Assembly: GCA_945861665.1 (NCBI GenBank)
Contig: CAMAVS010000007.1
Coordinates: 7,277-71,276, forward strand
Reading direction: 5' to 3'
DNA: 64,000 nucleotides
From: Chitinophaga pinensis
GTDB lineage: Bacteria; Bacteroidota; Bacteroidia; UBA4408
Shown: piece by piece, positions 18,737-27,403 of the stretch
How the letters are laid out: every line of letters starts with the position of its first letter
Numbering within the stretch: position 1 is the first letter of the stretch
Position numbers and translations under genes: made by a program
The notes under the pieces: generated by a model
Told to the model about the DNA's origin: nothing
The model's input: the letters and a program-made list of their open reading frames with translations, nothing else
Databases searched by the model: none

Positions 18737-19513
18737 CTATTTTGTAATCTCAACCCAACCTTTATAGATATTGTTTGGTACTTTGTCGGTTAAAACTATA
18801 ATATAAAAGTATGTTCCATCGGGAAGTGGCTGACTGTTTGTTTGGTAATTTCCTTCAAATACCACTTTCACATTATCATATTTTGGAGCACTGTAAACAA
18901 TGGTTCCGTACCTATTAAAAATGGAAACCCCGTTGTTAGGAAACAAATCAATTCCATCAATAATCCATTTATCATTTATCCCATCACCGTTTGGAGAGAA
19001 TCCTTTGTAAATTGTTAAATCGCATTCCCCTGCAAAACTCAACTCAATGATTACAGTGTCTACAGCTATCTCAGCCGTTTCTGCGTCCGTTACTGTTATA
19101 ATATAAGATCCCTCTTGCAACCCAAAAATGGAATCTTTATTGGACGAAATAGGTGACCATTCGTAGCTAAAATTACCCGAACCTCCACTAGCATAAACCT
19201 TTGCCCAACCATTATTGGCTGTTTTACAACGGGAGTTTGAGAACTTAATGGAATCAATATGTATTGCCAATTTGCCTGATGGTTGATGAAAACCTTGAGT
19301 AATATAATTCGTCCCATTTTGTATGGTAGTTACGCAAGGTTCGCCTACAGACCAAGCAATGTTCATTGTCCCCAAATCATAACCTGCATTTCCTACATTG
19401 GAAATTAAAAAAGGTGTAATGCTAGGGGTTTGCGCAACTAATATAGTACTACCCATCAATAGGAGTATAAACAGTTTGTATTTTGTATTGTTTATCCGTT
19501 TCATTTTAATCAA
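18737..19513 (-). CDS. Small T9SS type B (gliding-motility CTD) protein with one SprB-like repeat; likely ATG start at 19504
   Basis: FSPNGDGINDKW...IFNRYG...LPDGTYFYI...KGWVEITK type B CTD; ASGGSGNFSYEWS SprB-like repeat; N-terminal WSVGE...TQGFHQP domain. Confidence 0.9.
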   Translation of the reverse strand: MIKMKRINNTKYKLFILLLMGSTILVAQTPSITPFLISNVGNAGYDLGTMNIAWSVGEPCVTTIQNGTNYITQGFHQPSGKLAIHIDSIKFSNSRCKTANNGWAKVYASGGSGNFSYEWSPISSNKDSIFGLQEGSYIITVTDAETAEIAVDTVIIELSFAGECDLTIYKGFSPNGDGINDKWIIDGIDLFPNNGVSIFNRYGTIVYSAPKYDNVKVVFEGNYQTNSQPLPDGTYFYIIVLTDKVPNNIYKGWVEITK

Positions 19514-22289
19514 CTTTTGTAATGGTATACTTTATTTTTGCACCATAAATTGCTGTGTGAGAGAGAGGATTGGTATACGTAACGGCACTATACCGTATCC
19601 AATATTTGTAAACTCCTGTTTCAATAATTGGGTTAGTTATGGAATTTGTTGTTTGGGTAGTTTGCCCAGCATTAAAAACTGCTGAAGTTGAAACTGTTGC
19701 CATAGTTATTGTAGTTCCTCCGGCCGTTGCGCGTACAAGTTCAGCGGTATTGCCAAATAATATAGTATTGTCAGAAAAAGTTGCTTCAAAATCAGTTACA
19801 GTAGCTGAATCTGGCAAATAAATTGGTGCCGATAAATAAACAATTTGACCGGCATTTCCAGTAACTGATTTCGCCCAAACCCATAATTGAGAAGGGTCAC
19901 TAGTAATATCAAAGATATCATTGTTGGCACCCGCCTCAACAAATGCAATACAAGGAACGGAAATAGCTTTTGCTTTTATATTCCTAAACCTGTAATCACT
20001 TACAGCATCAATTTTAATGTTACCGCCAACAACATCAAGTTTTGCCGATGGGGCAATGATGCCAATACCAACATTGCCATCAAAGTACGCTGCAGAACTG
20101 GAGGCTCCTTGTTTTGCATACAATGCTGTCCAAAGGCCTGCCCGATTAGCAAGTACAGCAAACTCTGTATTCAACAACGGTCCACCTGCTGGATAGAGGG
20201 CGCGAATAGCACTATTTCCAGAAGACCCTGCCGTGGAGGATACATCCAACATATGGCCATTAGGGTTTGTAGTCCCAATACCCACCCTTCCATTATTATC
20301 AATTATCATTTTATTAAGAACCCCATTTAGTCCGTGAAAAGAAATTGTATCGGCATTTAATTTTATTCTTTGTGTGGTTTCTAAAATAATATGTCCTCCC
20401 GAATTTTGGTTTTCCACCATCAAACGATTCATAGGGGAAGGAACAAAAGATAATTTTGCTGCCATATTTGAACTTTTTAGTAAAACCGTACTTGGGCTAT
20501 TAACTGTGTTGTAAATTAATACACTGGTACCAAATATATTTGAACCATTAAAACGACCAACCGTTGTATCGCTAACTGTACCAACAACAGACAATGGAGC
20601 TAATGGACTCGTTGTTCCTATACCAACCCTTCCTATACCATTTAAACCAGGAGCGGGACTTATGTGCATTGTAGGGACATTAGAACCCATTCCGAATTGA
20701 ATTGAATTTGGAATGGTATTGCTAAGAGGTAAAATAGCACTAATGCCGCTTCCTATTACACAATTATTTGGAGCACTAGTTATTACATTTACTCCTAAGG
20801 CAATCGCATTATTAGCATTTGAAACAGCATTTGCTCCAATTGCTACAGAGCCTTGGTTATTTGCTTTTGAGAAAAATCCGAAGGAATAAGAAAAAAGTCC
20901 TAATGCTTCGGACCTATAACCAATTGCCATGGAATTTACACCGGTAGCTTTTGTTTTTGAACCAATAGCAATTGAGGCAAGGCCACTTGCGGTTGGAGTA
21001 TTACCTAAAGCAATTGAAGAGTCGCCACTAGCTGTAGGATTGTATCCAAGCGCTGCTGAATACCCCCCTAAAGATGCATCGTTCCATTGCGTACCATTAA
21101 CAGCTCCTGCTCTAAATGCTGATTTTTTGGGATACCAAATCATCCAACTTCCTGCATTAGCATCCCATGGTGTTCCAGCTCCATGTGTTCCTCTAAACCA
21201 AATCCCATCATTGCCTGAAACTTGTAAATTAGGTACAACACTAACATTACCCCCTATATGAATTTTATCGGTTATGTTATTTGGGTATAATGTTCCGCTT
21301 ATGTTCTTCCATAAACTTGTTCCTCCGGGTAAATCAGAAGCTTTTATTGAGTCTGCTATAAAATAACTTCCATTTGCTCTTAAATACTTCCCGGCAACAG
21401 CAGTTCCATTATACTTATACCCTAATGTTGTGTTTGCTCCACCAACAACATCTAACTGCTGAACAGGTGCATTATTATTAATTCCAACTTTGTCACCAAG
21501 GTTTGCAGGATAAATATTCGTTCCAGATCTAGTCCAGGGGGGAAACGCAATTGCTGCAGGTAAATCAGCTAATTTAATAGAGTCTGCGATAAAATAAGAA
21601 CCATTTCCTCGTAAGTATTTTCCGGTAACTGCCGAATTTTTATATTTATAACCATTCAATGTGTTTACATAACTTCCTGCACTTATTTTGCTATTTGACA
21701 TAATGGAGTCTGTAGCATGAATGTCGCCAGTTACATCTAATTTGGAGGTAGGGCTATTACCAATACCAACATTTTGGTTAATGTCAATCCGCATTGCTTC
21801 GAGGCTGTTTGTTTTAAAAATTAAAGGATTTAAGTTAATTGTCCCTAAATAATCATTCGCTTCTGTAACATTTCCACTTCTATTCCAACCTAAGAAAGAA
21901 GCGTAACTGAAAAGGGAAAATGGAACTGCTTCGAATTGCGTTTTGGGCCCCATAGTCATATAAGAAACTCCTCCTGCAGTGTCAACAGACACCTCTAGGT
22001 CTATCCCGAAATCCCAAGGGAGAACTGCAAATTGCAACGGAGCTTGACTCCCAAGAACATATGTAAAAAGTCCAAACTTATTTGTTGTAGTATTTATAGT
22101 TTCGTTATAGACAGATAGCCCTGAAACGTGATTAAATAATTCAAACTTTACTCCAATATTTTGAGCATCGAAACCCTTTCCATTCGCATCTCTTACCACT
22201 CCTTGATAATTGAAACCATTAAACGGAAATTGAGCAAAACTTGCAATTGAAATTGCAGAAAAAAGAAGTACTAATAATTTAAATTTCAT
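19506..22289 (-). CDS. Secreted fibre/adhesin-like protein with tail-fibre-like VGIG repeats and YadA-head-like repeats
   Basis: Signal peptide; FNYQGVVRDANG N-domain; repeated NVGIG/KVGIN/RVGIGT..P...LDV motifs; about eight 14-residue SxAIG repeats. Confidence 0.8.
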   Translation of the reverse strand: MKFKLLVLLFSAISIASFAQFPFNGFNYQGVVRDANGKGFDAQNIGVKFELFNHVSGLSVYNETINTTTNKFGLFTYVLGSQAPLQFAVLPWDFGIDLEVSVDTAGGVSYMTMGPKTQFEAVPFSLFSYASFLGWNRSGNVTEANDYLGTINLNPLIFKTNSLEAMRIDINQNVGIGNSPTSKLDVTGDIHATDSIMSNSKISAGSYVNTLNGYKYKNSAVTGKYLRGNGSYFIADSIKLADLPAAIAFPPWTRSGTNIYPANLGDKVGINNNAPVQQLDVVGGANTTLGYKYNGTAVAGKYLRANGSYFIADSIKASDLPGGTSLWKNISGTLYPNNITDKIHIGGNVSVVPNLQVSGNDGIWFRGTHGAGTPWDANAGSWMIWYPKKSAFRAGAVNGTQWNDASLGGYSAALGYNPTASGDSSIALGNTPTASGLASIAIGSKTKATGVNSMAIGYRSEALGLFSYSFGFFSKANNQGSVAIGANAVSNANNAIALGVNVITSAPNNCVIGSGISAILPLSNTIPNSIQFGMGSNVPTMHISPAPGLNGIGRVGIGTTSPLAPLSVVGTVSDTTVGRFNGSNIFGTSVLIYNTVNSPSTVLLKSSNMAAKLSFVPSPMNRLMVENQNSGGHIILETTQRIKLNADTISFHGLNGVLNKMIIDNNGRVGIGTTNPNGHMLDVSSTAGSSGNSAIRALYPAGGPLLNTEFAVLANRAGLWTALYAKQGASSSAAYFDGNVGIGIIAPSAKLDVVGGNIKIDAVSDYRFRNIKAKAISVPCIAFVEAGANNDIFDITSDPSQLWVWAKSVTGNAGQIVYLSAPIYLPDSATVTDFEATFSDNTILFGNTAELVRATAGGTTITMATVSTSAVFNAGQTTQTTNSITNPIIETGVYKYWIRYSAVTYTNPLSHTAIYGAKIKYTITKVD

Positions 22290-22293
22290 GTTT

Positions 22294-23589
22294 TTATAGT
22301 TCGTAAGTGATTAGAATTGTAAAGGTTTTACTATATATTGCGCTTGAATTTGATATAGTATTTTGAACATCAATGGTTCCTGTGGCATTATTTATATAAT
22401 AGTTGTATTCAGTAGCTCCAATGTTATTTGAAGGTGGGATAAATAAATTTCCAGTGGCTACAAGAATACTAACAGATAATATTTTGCTAGATGTTACTCC
22501 GTGAAATATCGTTACAGTGCCACCTGAAACGCCAGAAGTGGTTCCTGTAATTTTTTTTGTTTGAATAGCCGGAGCACCGTTACCCAGACTTGTATAATTA
22601 TACATTGTTGCATTTCCTGCTGCATCTATAGACATTCTATTTGCGCCACTTGTTCCTAAATAAAGTGGAGTTGCATCATAATTTAATATGCTCACAGCAA
22701 TATTACTGTAATCTAACCGGAAATTAGCACCACCAGTTCTGCTCAATTTTATTTGCGGGTTGTTTACGTCAAACACATCTAATTTCGCAGTAGGTGTACT
22801 TGTTCCTATTCCAACATTTAAACCATTATTAAACACATTGCTATTATTTACTACCCAAATAGATCCATTCCAATAAGGTGTATTTCCCGCAATCATACCA
22901 TTTGGCAATAACCCCGTTATACCTTGAACTCCTTGAATTCCTTGAAGGCCCTGAAACCCTTGCAATCCCTGGATCCCTAGTGGGCCTTGTATCCCTTGTA
23001 TTCCCTGTATTCCCTGTGGACCCTGAGGTCCAACAGGGCCAACCAAACTAACACCCTGAGGCCAAGAGCCAACCGTTTTTGGTCCGTAAAATGTATTGGT
23101 TAATACATCAATGTAAAAATCGCCATCATTACCTGTACCCTGTAAAGGTGATATGTTACCACTTATAATTGTATTTGCATTAACGCCACCAGCCGAAGCT
23201 GCATATAAGGCATATGGTACCGACTGAAAAGGCTGAGCTGCGCCTAAAGGAACAAAATTAGTCCCACCTGCAATTGTATCAATATATACTTGTATAGAAT
23301 GTATCCCTGACGACCAATTGATTTGTTGGAAAGACGGATTGTTCTGGCTTCCTAACACTACGGTAAATAACCCAAAAGCATTTGTTGTAATAAGTCCTAC
23401 ATGCTGCTCTGTAAATTCAATCGCATTGGCATTATCCAAAATCTCAAATTTGATACTTATAGACTGAGCAGACAGCGCTTTCTTGTTTGCATCTCTGGCA
23501 ATTCCTTGATAATTTATTCCTTGGGGTGGCGCTTGCGCTAATACAAAAGTTGAAAATGCAAAAAACAATAATGTTAAATTCTGTTTCAT
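22294..23589 (-). CDS. Secreted collagen-like fibre protein
   Basis: Signal peptide; [12 protein letters not shown]-domain; 14 consecutive Gly-X-Y triplets; [15 protein letters not shown] motif. Confidence 0.85.
   Translation of the reverse strand: MKQNLTLLFFAFSTFVLAQAPPQGINYQGIARDANKKALSAQSISIKFEILDNANAIEFTEQHVGLITTNAFGLFTVVLGSQNNPSFQQINWSSGIHSIQVYIDTIAGGTNFVPLGAAQPFQSVPYALYAASAGGVNANTIISGNISPLQGTGNDGDFYIDVLTNTFYGPKTVGSWPQGVSLVGPVGPQGPQGIQGIQGIQGPLGIQGLQGFQGLQGIQGVQGITGLLPNGMIAGNTPYWNGSIWVVNNSNVFNNGLNVGIGTSTPTAKLDVFDVNNPQIKLSRTGGANFRLDYSNIAVSILNYDATPLYLGTSGANRMSIDAAGNATMYNYTSLGNGAPAIQTKKITGTTSGVSGGTVTIFHGVTSSKILSVSILVATGNLFIPPSNNIGATEYNYYINNATGTIDVQNTISNSSAIYSKTFTILITYEL
22912..23040 (-). 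repeat. Collagen Gly-X-Y coding repeat (14 triplets)
   Basis: [43 protein letters not shown] with 9-nt periodicity. Confidence 0.9.
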
Positions 23590-23656
23590 ATAAATTATCT
23601 CGTTATTTCTACCCAGCCCTTTTTAGAATTGGTATTGTTATTTTTAGTTATAAGTA

Positions 23657-23983
23657 TTAATTCATAAAGACTATTACATATTTACTAATAGATCCTCCAT
23701 TTTCTGTAGCTTTACGATTGGAATATGAAAGTGTTTGAGTTGCTTCAAATGAGCACCACAAATCTTTGGATTGAGCATGTTTTACTCCCTGTGCTGCAAA
23801 AGCATTATTGCCAATTTCAACAAGGAGGAAGGTTGGTGCTCCGAAAAGTTCCGGTATAGGGAGATTCATTAAACCCTTTTCACTGCAAGGGCTGCCACTG
23901 GGTGAAGGAACAGCAAATGCGCTTAAAAACGCAATACATAAGACACTTAACAGGGCAAAAGAAAAGTACTGCATTTTTCTCAT
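23657..23983 (-). CDS. Small hypothetical secreted protein
   Basis: 108-aa ATG ORF with a hydrophobic leader ending SAFA; fills the gap between two co-oriented gene clusters. Confidence 0.5.
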   Translation of the reverse strand: MRKMQYFSFALLSVLCIAFLSAFAVPSPSGSPCSEKGLMNLPIPELFGAPTFLLVEIGNNAFAAQGVKHAQSKDLWCSFEATQTLSYSNRKATENGGSISKYVIVFMN

Positions 23984-24051
23984 TTAATTGCGCAATCAAT
24001 TCAGTTTACAAATTAAGGGAAATATACAAACAAATACAATTTTTTTGCTGA

Positions 24052-25851
24052 CTAATTGACTTTAAACCCTATAACTAAAATGTCGTCTACTTGCTCTTGT
24101 GCTCCTCTCCATTTTTCAATAATTGAGTCGAGGGTTGATTTTTGTTCATCAACCGATAATTGGTGCAATTCCATCAGCGTTCTGCGAAACTGATTCACCA
24201 TAAATTTTTTTCCTTTAGGTCCGCCAAACTGGGAAGCATAACCATCCGAGAAAACGTAAACACAGTCTCCTGTTTGAAGAGGAATAACGTGGTTGGTATA
24301 TGGCTTTGTATCTTCTCCTACATAATACCCTATAGGGAATTTATTCGCTTTGATTTCTATTAGTGTTCCATCTCTAATAATCAACAGTGGATTAAAAGCC
24401 CCTGCATATTGCAATTCCTTCTTTTTGTAATCAATAGTACACAGCGTAATGTCCATTCCATCTTTAGAAGTTGACCCTTTGTATGATTGGTGAAGTGTTT
24501 CATTCACACCAATATTTAAGGCATCCAAAATTTTTGCAGGCTCTGTAATTCCGCTATTATTTACAACATACTTAAGAATGTTAAAGCCTACTATACTCAT
24601 AAATGCTCCGGGAACACCGTGGCCAGTACAATCAACTGCTGCAAAAAGTGTTTTTCCATCCTTTTCTTCCATCCAATAAAAATCACCACTCACAATATCT
24701 TTGGGTTTATAAAGTATAAAAGAATTTGGCAGTAATTTTCTAACCAAATTCCGAGGAGGAAGAATAGCTTCCTGAATGCGTTTAGCATAAAAAATACTAT
24801 CGGTAACTTGTTTATAAAGCACCTCTAAAATTTCGGTTTTAGACTGGATTTCTTCTTTTTGTTTCACAACCTCCTCTGTTCTTTCAATCACCTTTGCTTC
24901 TAATAATTTTTCATTTTCAGCCAAATCGGTACGCATTTTTAATAATGCTTGACCAAGTTCATCTTCACCACTTAATGGATTATATTCTGACCCAAAATTT
25001 CCGGAACCAACTTGGTTTGCGAATTCTGTAGTGCTCCTCATTCCGTCCACTAAAAAATTTAAAGCTGTACCCATTTCTCCGATTTCATCGTTTCTGTTTT
25101 GAATTTTTTCAGTGGGCAATACCCCTTTACCCATTCCAAGCAAAATTCTCTTAAAGGAGTTAATTGGTTGGACGATTGAAATAACAGTAAAAAATGCAAT
25201 TAATATGCCTCCAACTGGAAGGGCAATGGTAAGAATCATTACTGCTAATTGTAAAAAATTTAGTGACTTGTTCATTTCATTACTCACGCTGTTTGCGAAA
25301 TTTTTTTGAATATCAATGATTTTTTCGAGGTTTGCTAATGTTCTTGTGGTGGATGAAAAAATGGGGCCCTCAGTTACCGATTCGCGCGATTGGAAAACAG
25401 CCAATGTATTATTTTCGCTATAATCTTCCATTTTATCGAGCTGCAACATCAGATCGTGGTACATGCTAAACAAAGAATCAATGGATAAAAAAACAGAATC
25501 GATTTGCATACGTTCAGCGTCTTTCCACTTATACGATATTCTTTGAAGTTGCTTTTTTTGTACAGGAAACAAATCGTCCATTAACAAGCGAAGTTCTTTT
25601 TTCTCTGCTTTATCGCTGCCACTGGCAACCCAAATCCAATTGTTGATAAGCCCCTTAGACTTCACTAACAACAATTTTAATTGCTGTAATGACGTTACAG
25701 ACGGAGAGAAAATATCGTTTATGTCATCGTTTATCTGTTTGCTTTTTTTGCTCGTTTGTTGGGTGAGAAGAAAAGCTCCTAACGTAAGAAATATCAAAAC
25801 ACCAAACCCAAGTCCGATTTTTCTCCCAATGCTGAATTTAAACTTTTTCAA
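24052..25851 (-). CDS. Membrane sensor phosphatase: 2 TM, periplasmic helical sensor, HAMP domains, SpoIIE/PP2C domain
   Basis: SIGRKIGLGF-TM1; TM2-IVQPI..DEIGEM HAMP; second HAMP-like DELGQAL; PKDIVSGDFYW, DCTGHGVPGAFMS, DGMD, FSDG, DDILVIG. Confidence 0.92.
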   Translation of the reverse strand: MKKFKFSIGRKIGLGFGVLIFLTLGAFLLTQQTSKKSKQINDDINDIFSPSVTSLQQLKLLLVKSKGLINNWIWVASGSDKAEKKELRLLMDDLFPVQKKQLQRISYKWKDAERMQIDSVFLSIDSLFSMYHDLMLQLDKMEDYSENNTLAVFQSRESVTEGPIFSSTTRTLANLEKIIDIQKNFANSVSNEMNKSLNFLQLAVMILTIALPVGGILIAFFTVISIVQPINSFKRILLGMGKGVLPTEKIQNRNDEIGEMGTALNFLVDGMRSTTEFANQVGSGNFGSEYNPLSGEDELGQALLKMRTDLAENEKLLEAKVIERTEEVVKQKEEIQSKTEILEVLYKQVTDSIFYAKRIQEAILPPRNLVRKLLPNSFILYKPKDIVSGDFYWMEEKDGKTLFAAVDCTGHGVPGAFMSIVGFNILKYVVNNSGITEPAKILDALNIGVNETLHQSYKGSTSKDGMDITLCTIDYKKKELQYAGAFNPLLIIRDGTLIEIKANKFPIGYYVGEDTKPYTNHVIPLQTGDCVYVFSDGYASQFGGPKGKKFMVNQFRRTLMELHQLSVDEQKSTLDSIIEKWRGAQEQVDDILVIGFKVN

Positions 25852-25880
25852 TTGTTCTCGTTGATAGAATTAATGCTAAA

Positions 25881-26792
25881 TTATTTTTTCTCTAATGCAA
25901 CCAACCTATTGTTGTACTCCTGCTTCTTTTCGTCATCCAATAGGGCTTGATAAATTTGCCTTAAACCAACTAATGTTTCACGTCTATTTGGTCTTAAATC
26001 GTCTGCTTTTAACATTAGAGGTAAACTATTTTTAAATATTTCAGATGTTTTATCCAATATATCTGTCATTATCAAAATATCCTCGTCAACAGGCATAGAA
26101 TTAATCATCTCAGCACCTTGATTATAATACAATATAGCTTGGTTAAAATTCGCATCGTAATTGTTTGAATCAATTGACAATACTTTATAATAATACTCTA
26201 TCGCTTGTTGGAAATGCTCCTCTAACACTTTTTTCAATACATCGTTTGGATTTTGAGTTATATTTTTTTCATATATGCCTTTATGAACTGAGGCTAAGGC
26301 ATTGTAAAACTCAATATCCTTTGTCTTAAAATCTGTGGATGGGTTAACGTATAATTGACATTGTTTATAATTATCCATCGAGATGATTGCATACGCAATA
26401 TTTGTGGAGTCTAAGAACTTTGCTGCATAATTGTTAAAGTAAACAGAAAGGTTATATATGCTCTTATTATTCTCTATACGATTTTCGGAGGAGGTGTCAA
26501 TTCTATTTGATTCTAAGAATGAATTGTAAGCCACTTCGCCAAGCCATTTAATATTTTTTGGTTCAGGGAAACTTTTTCGGAATACTTGACTGTAAACATA
26601 TCCTCTAATATACCAGGCCCTGCCATCATTGAAATAATCTGGCATAAGTACCGTAGAGTCGATTGATTGCATTGCTCTCGTTAGATCACCTTTTTCAACA
26701 TACGTAATCGCAATAGACACTTTATCTACCTGAGCGTTGGCAGTAAACACCACCAAGAACAGTATCGCAAATATGTATTTATTAAATCTCAT
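25881..26792 (-). CDS. Secreted tetratricopeptide-repeat protein
   Basis: Signal peptide ending ANAQ; AWYIRGYVY and AIEYYYKVLSIDSNNYDANFNQAILYYN TPR patterns. Confidence 0.8.
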   Translation of the reverse strand: MRFNKYIFAILFLVVFTANAQVDKVSIAITYVEKGDLTRAMQSIDSTVLMPDYFNDGRAWYIRGYVYSQVFRKSFPEPKNIKWLGEVAYNSFLESNRIDTSSENRIENNKSIYNLSVYFNNYAAKFLDSTNIAYAIISMDNYKQCQLYVNPSTDFKTKDIEFYNALASVHKGIYEKNITQNPNDVLKKVLEEHFQQAIEYYYKVLSIDSNNYDANFNQAILYYNQGAEMINSMPVDEDILIMTDILDKTSEIFKNSLPLMLKADDLRPNRRETLVGLRQIYQALLDDEKKQEYNNRLVALEKK

Positions 26793-26798
26793 TTCTAC

Positions 26799-27320
26799 TT
26801 ATTCAACTTTTATACTCAATGATTCCAAATTTGAACTCACTTTTAAACCATACTTTTCGGCATTCGCCTTATTTAGCTCAAATTTTTGTTTATTGTCCTT
26901 TACTACAAAATTTATTGCTGCACCTTGTTTAGCTAAGCCTGGTTTTTCTGTAACAAGCAACGTGTTACTTCCTTTGATCTTCAATAAAACATCTTTCATT
27001 GCATTCTTATAATCTTCTGAAACGTATAGAATATGACATTTTGAAATAGCCCCTGTATTATTAAACGTTTTTATTTCAAAAATCTGACTAGCTGCCTTTT
27101 TAGTTAGAGCCATATTGTTAAGTTCATTAATGATGGCAGAAGTTCCAAGAATTCCAATCACAAAATTGCCTTGCTTTTGGGAACCTGGCCACTCAATATA
27201 TTTTGTGAAATTATATACAAAAACAGCCTTAACTTTTGAGGTCGTATCATCTGCCCCTCTCGTAACTGTGGTGATAAAAATAATAACAAAAGAAATAACT
27301 ATTCTTAAGACTTTATTCAT
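26799..27320 (-). CDS. YfiR/HmsC family (DUF4154) periplasmic protein
   Basis: KAVFVYNFTKYIEWP, CHILYV, LLVTE, INFVV...KFELN...GLKVSSNL. Confidence 0.9.
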   Translation of the reverse strand: MNKVLRIVISFVIIFITTVTRGADDTTSKVKAVFVYNFTKYIEWPGSQKQGNFVIGILGTSAIINELNNMALTKKAASQIFEIKTFNNTGAISKCHILYVSEDYKNAMKDVLLKIKGSNTLLVTEKPGLAKQGAAINFVVKDNKQKFELNKANAEKYGLKVSSNLESLSIKVE

Positions 27321-27358
27321 TTTAGCTAAAACCCTTTCTCAAAAAAATAAAAGGGTCA

Positions 27359-27366
27359 CAAATATA
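27359..27366 (-). promoter_or_regulatory. Bacteroidota -7 element (TATATTTG) for the yfiR-like operon
   Basis: Exact TAnnTTTG about 40 bp upstream of the yfiR-like start. Confidence 0.55.
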
Positions 27367-27403
27367 TATTAAATATATTCCTTTTTTACTAGATTTTTAA
27401 CCC

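Noticed and set aside
19506-23589. Prophage remnant suggested by tail-fibre-like motifs
   Set aside because: Both proteins have Sec signal peptides and sit in a T9SS-type operon; no capsid, terminase, integrase or lysis genes are nearby
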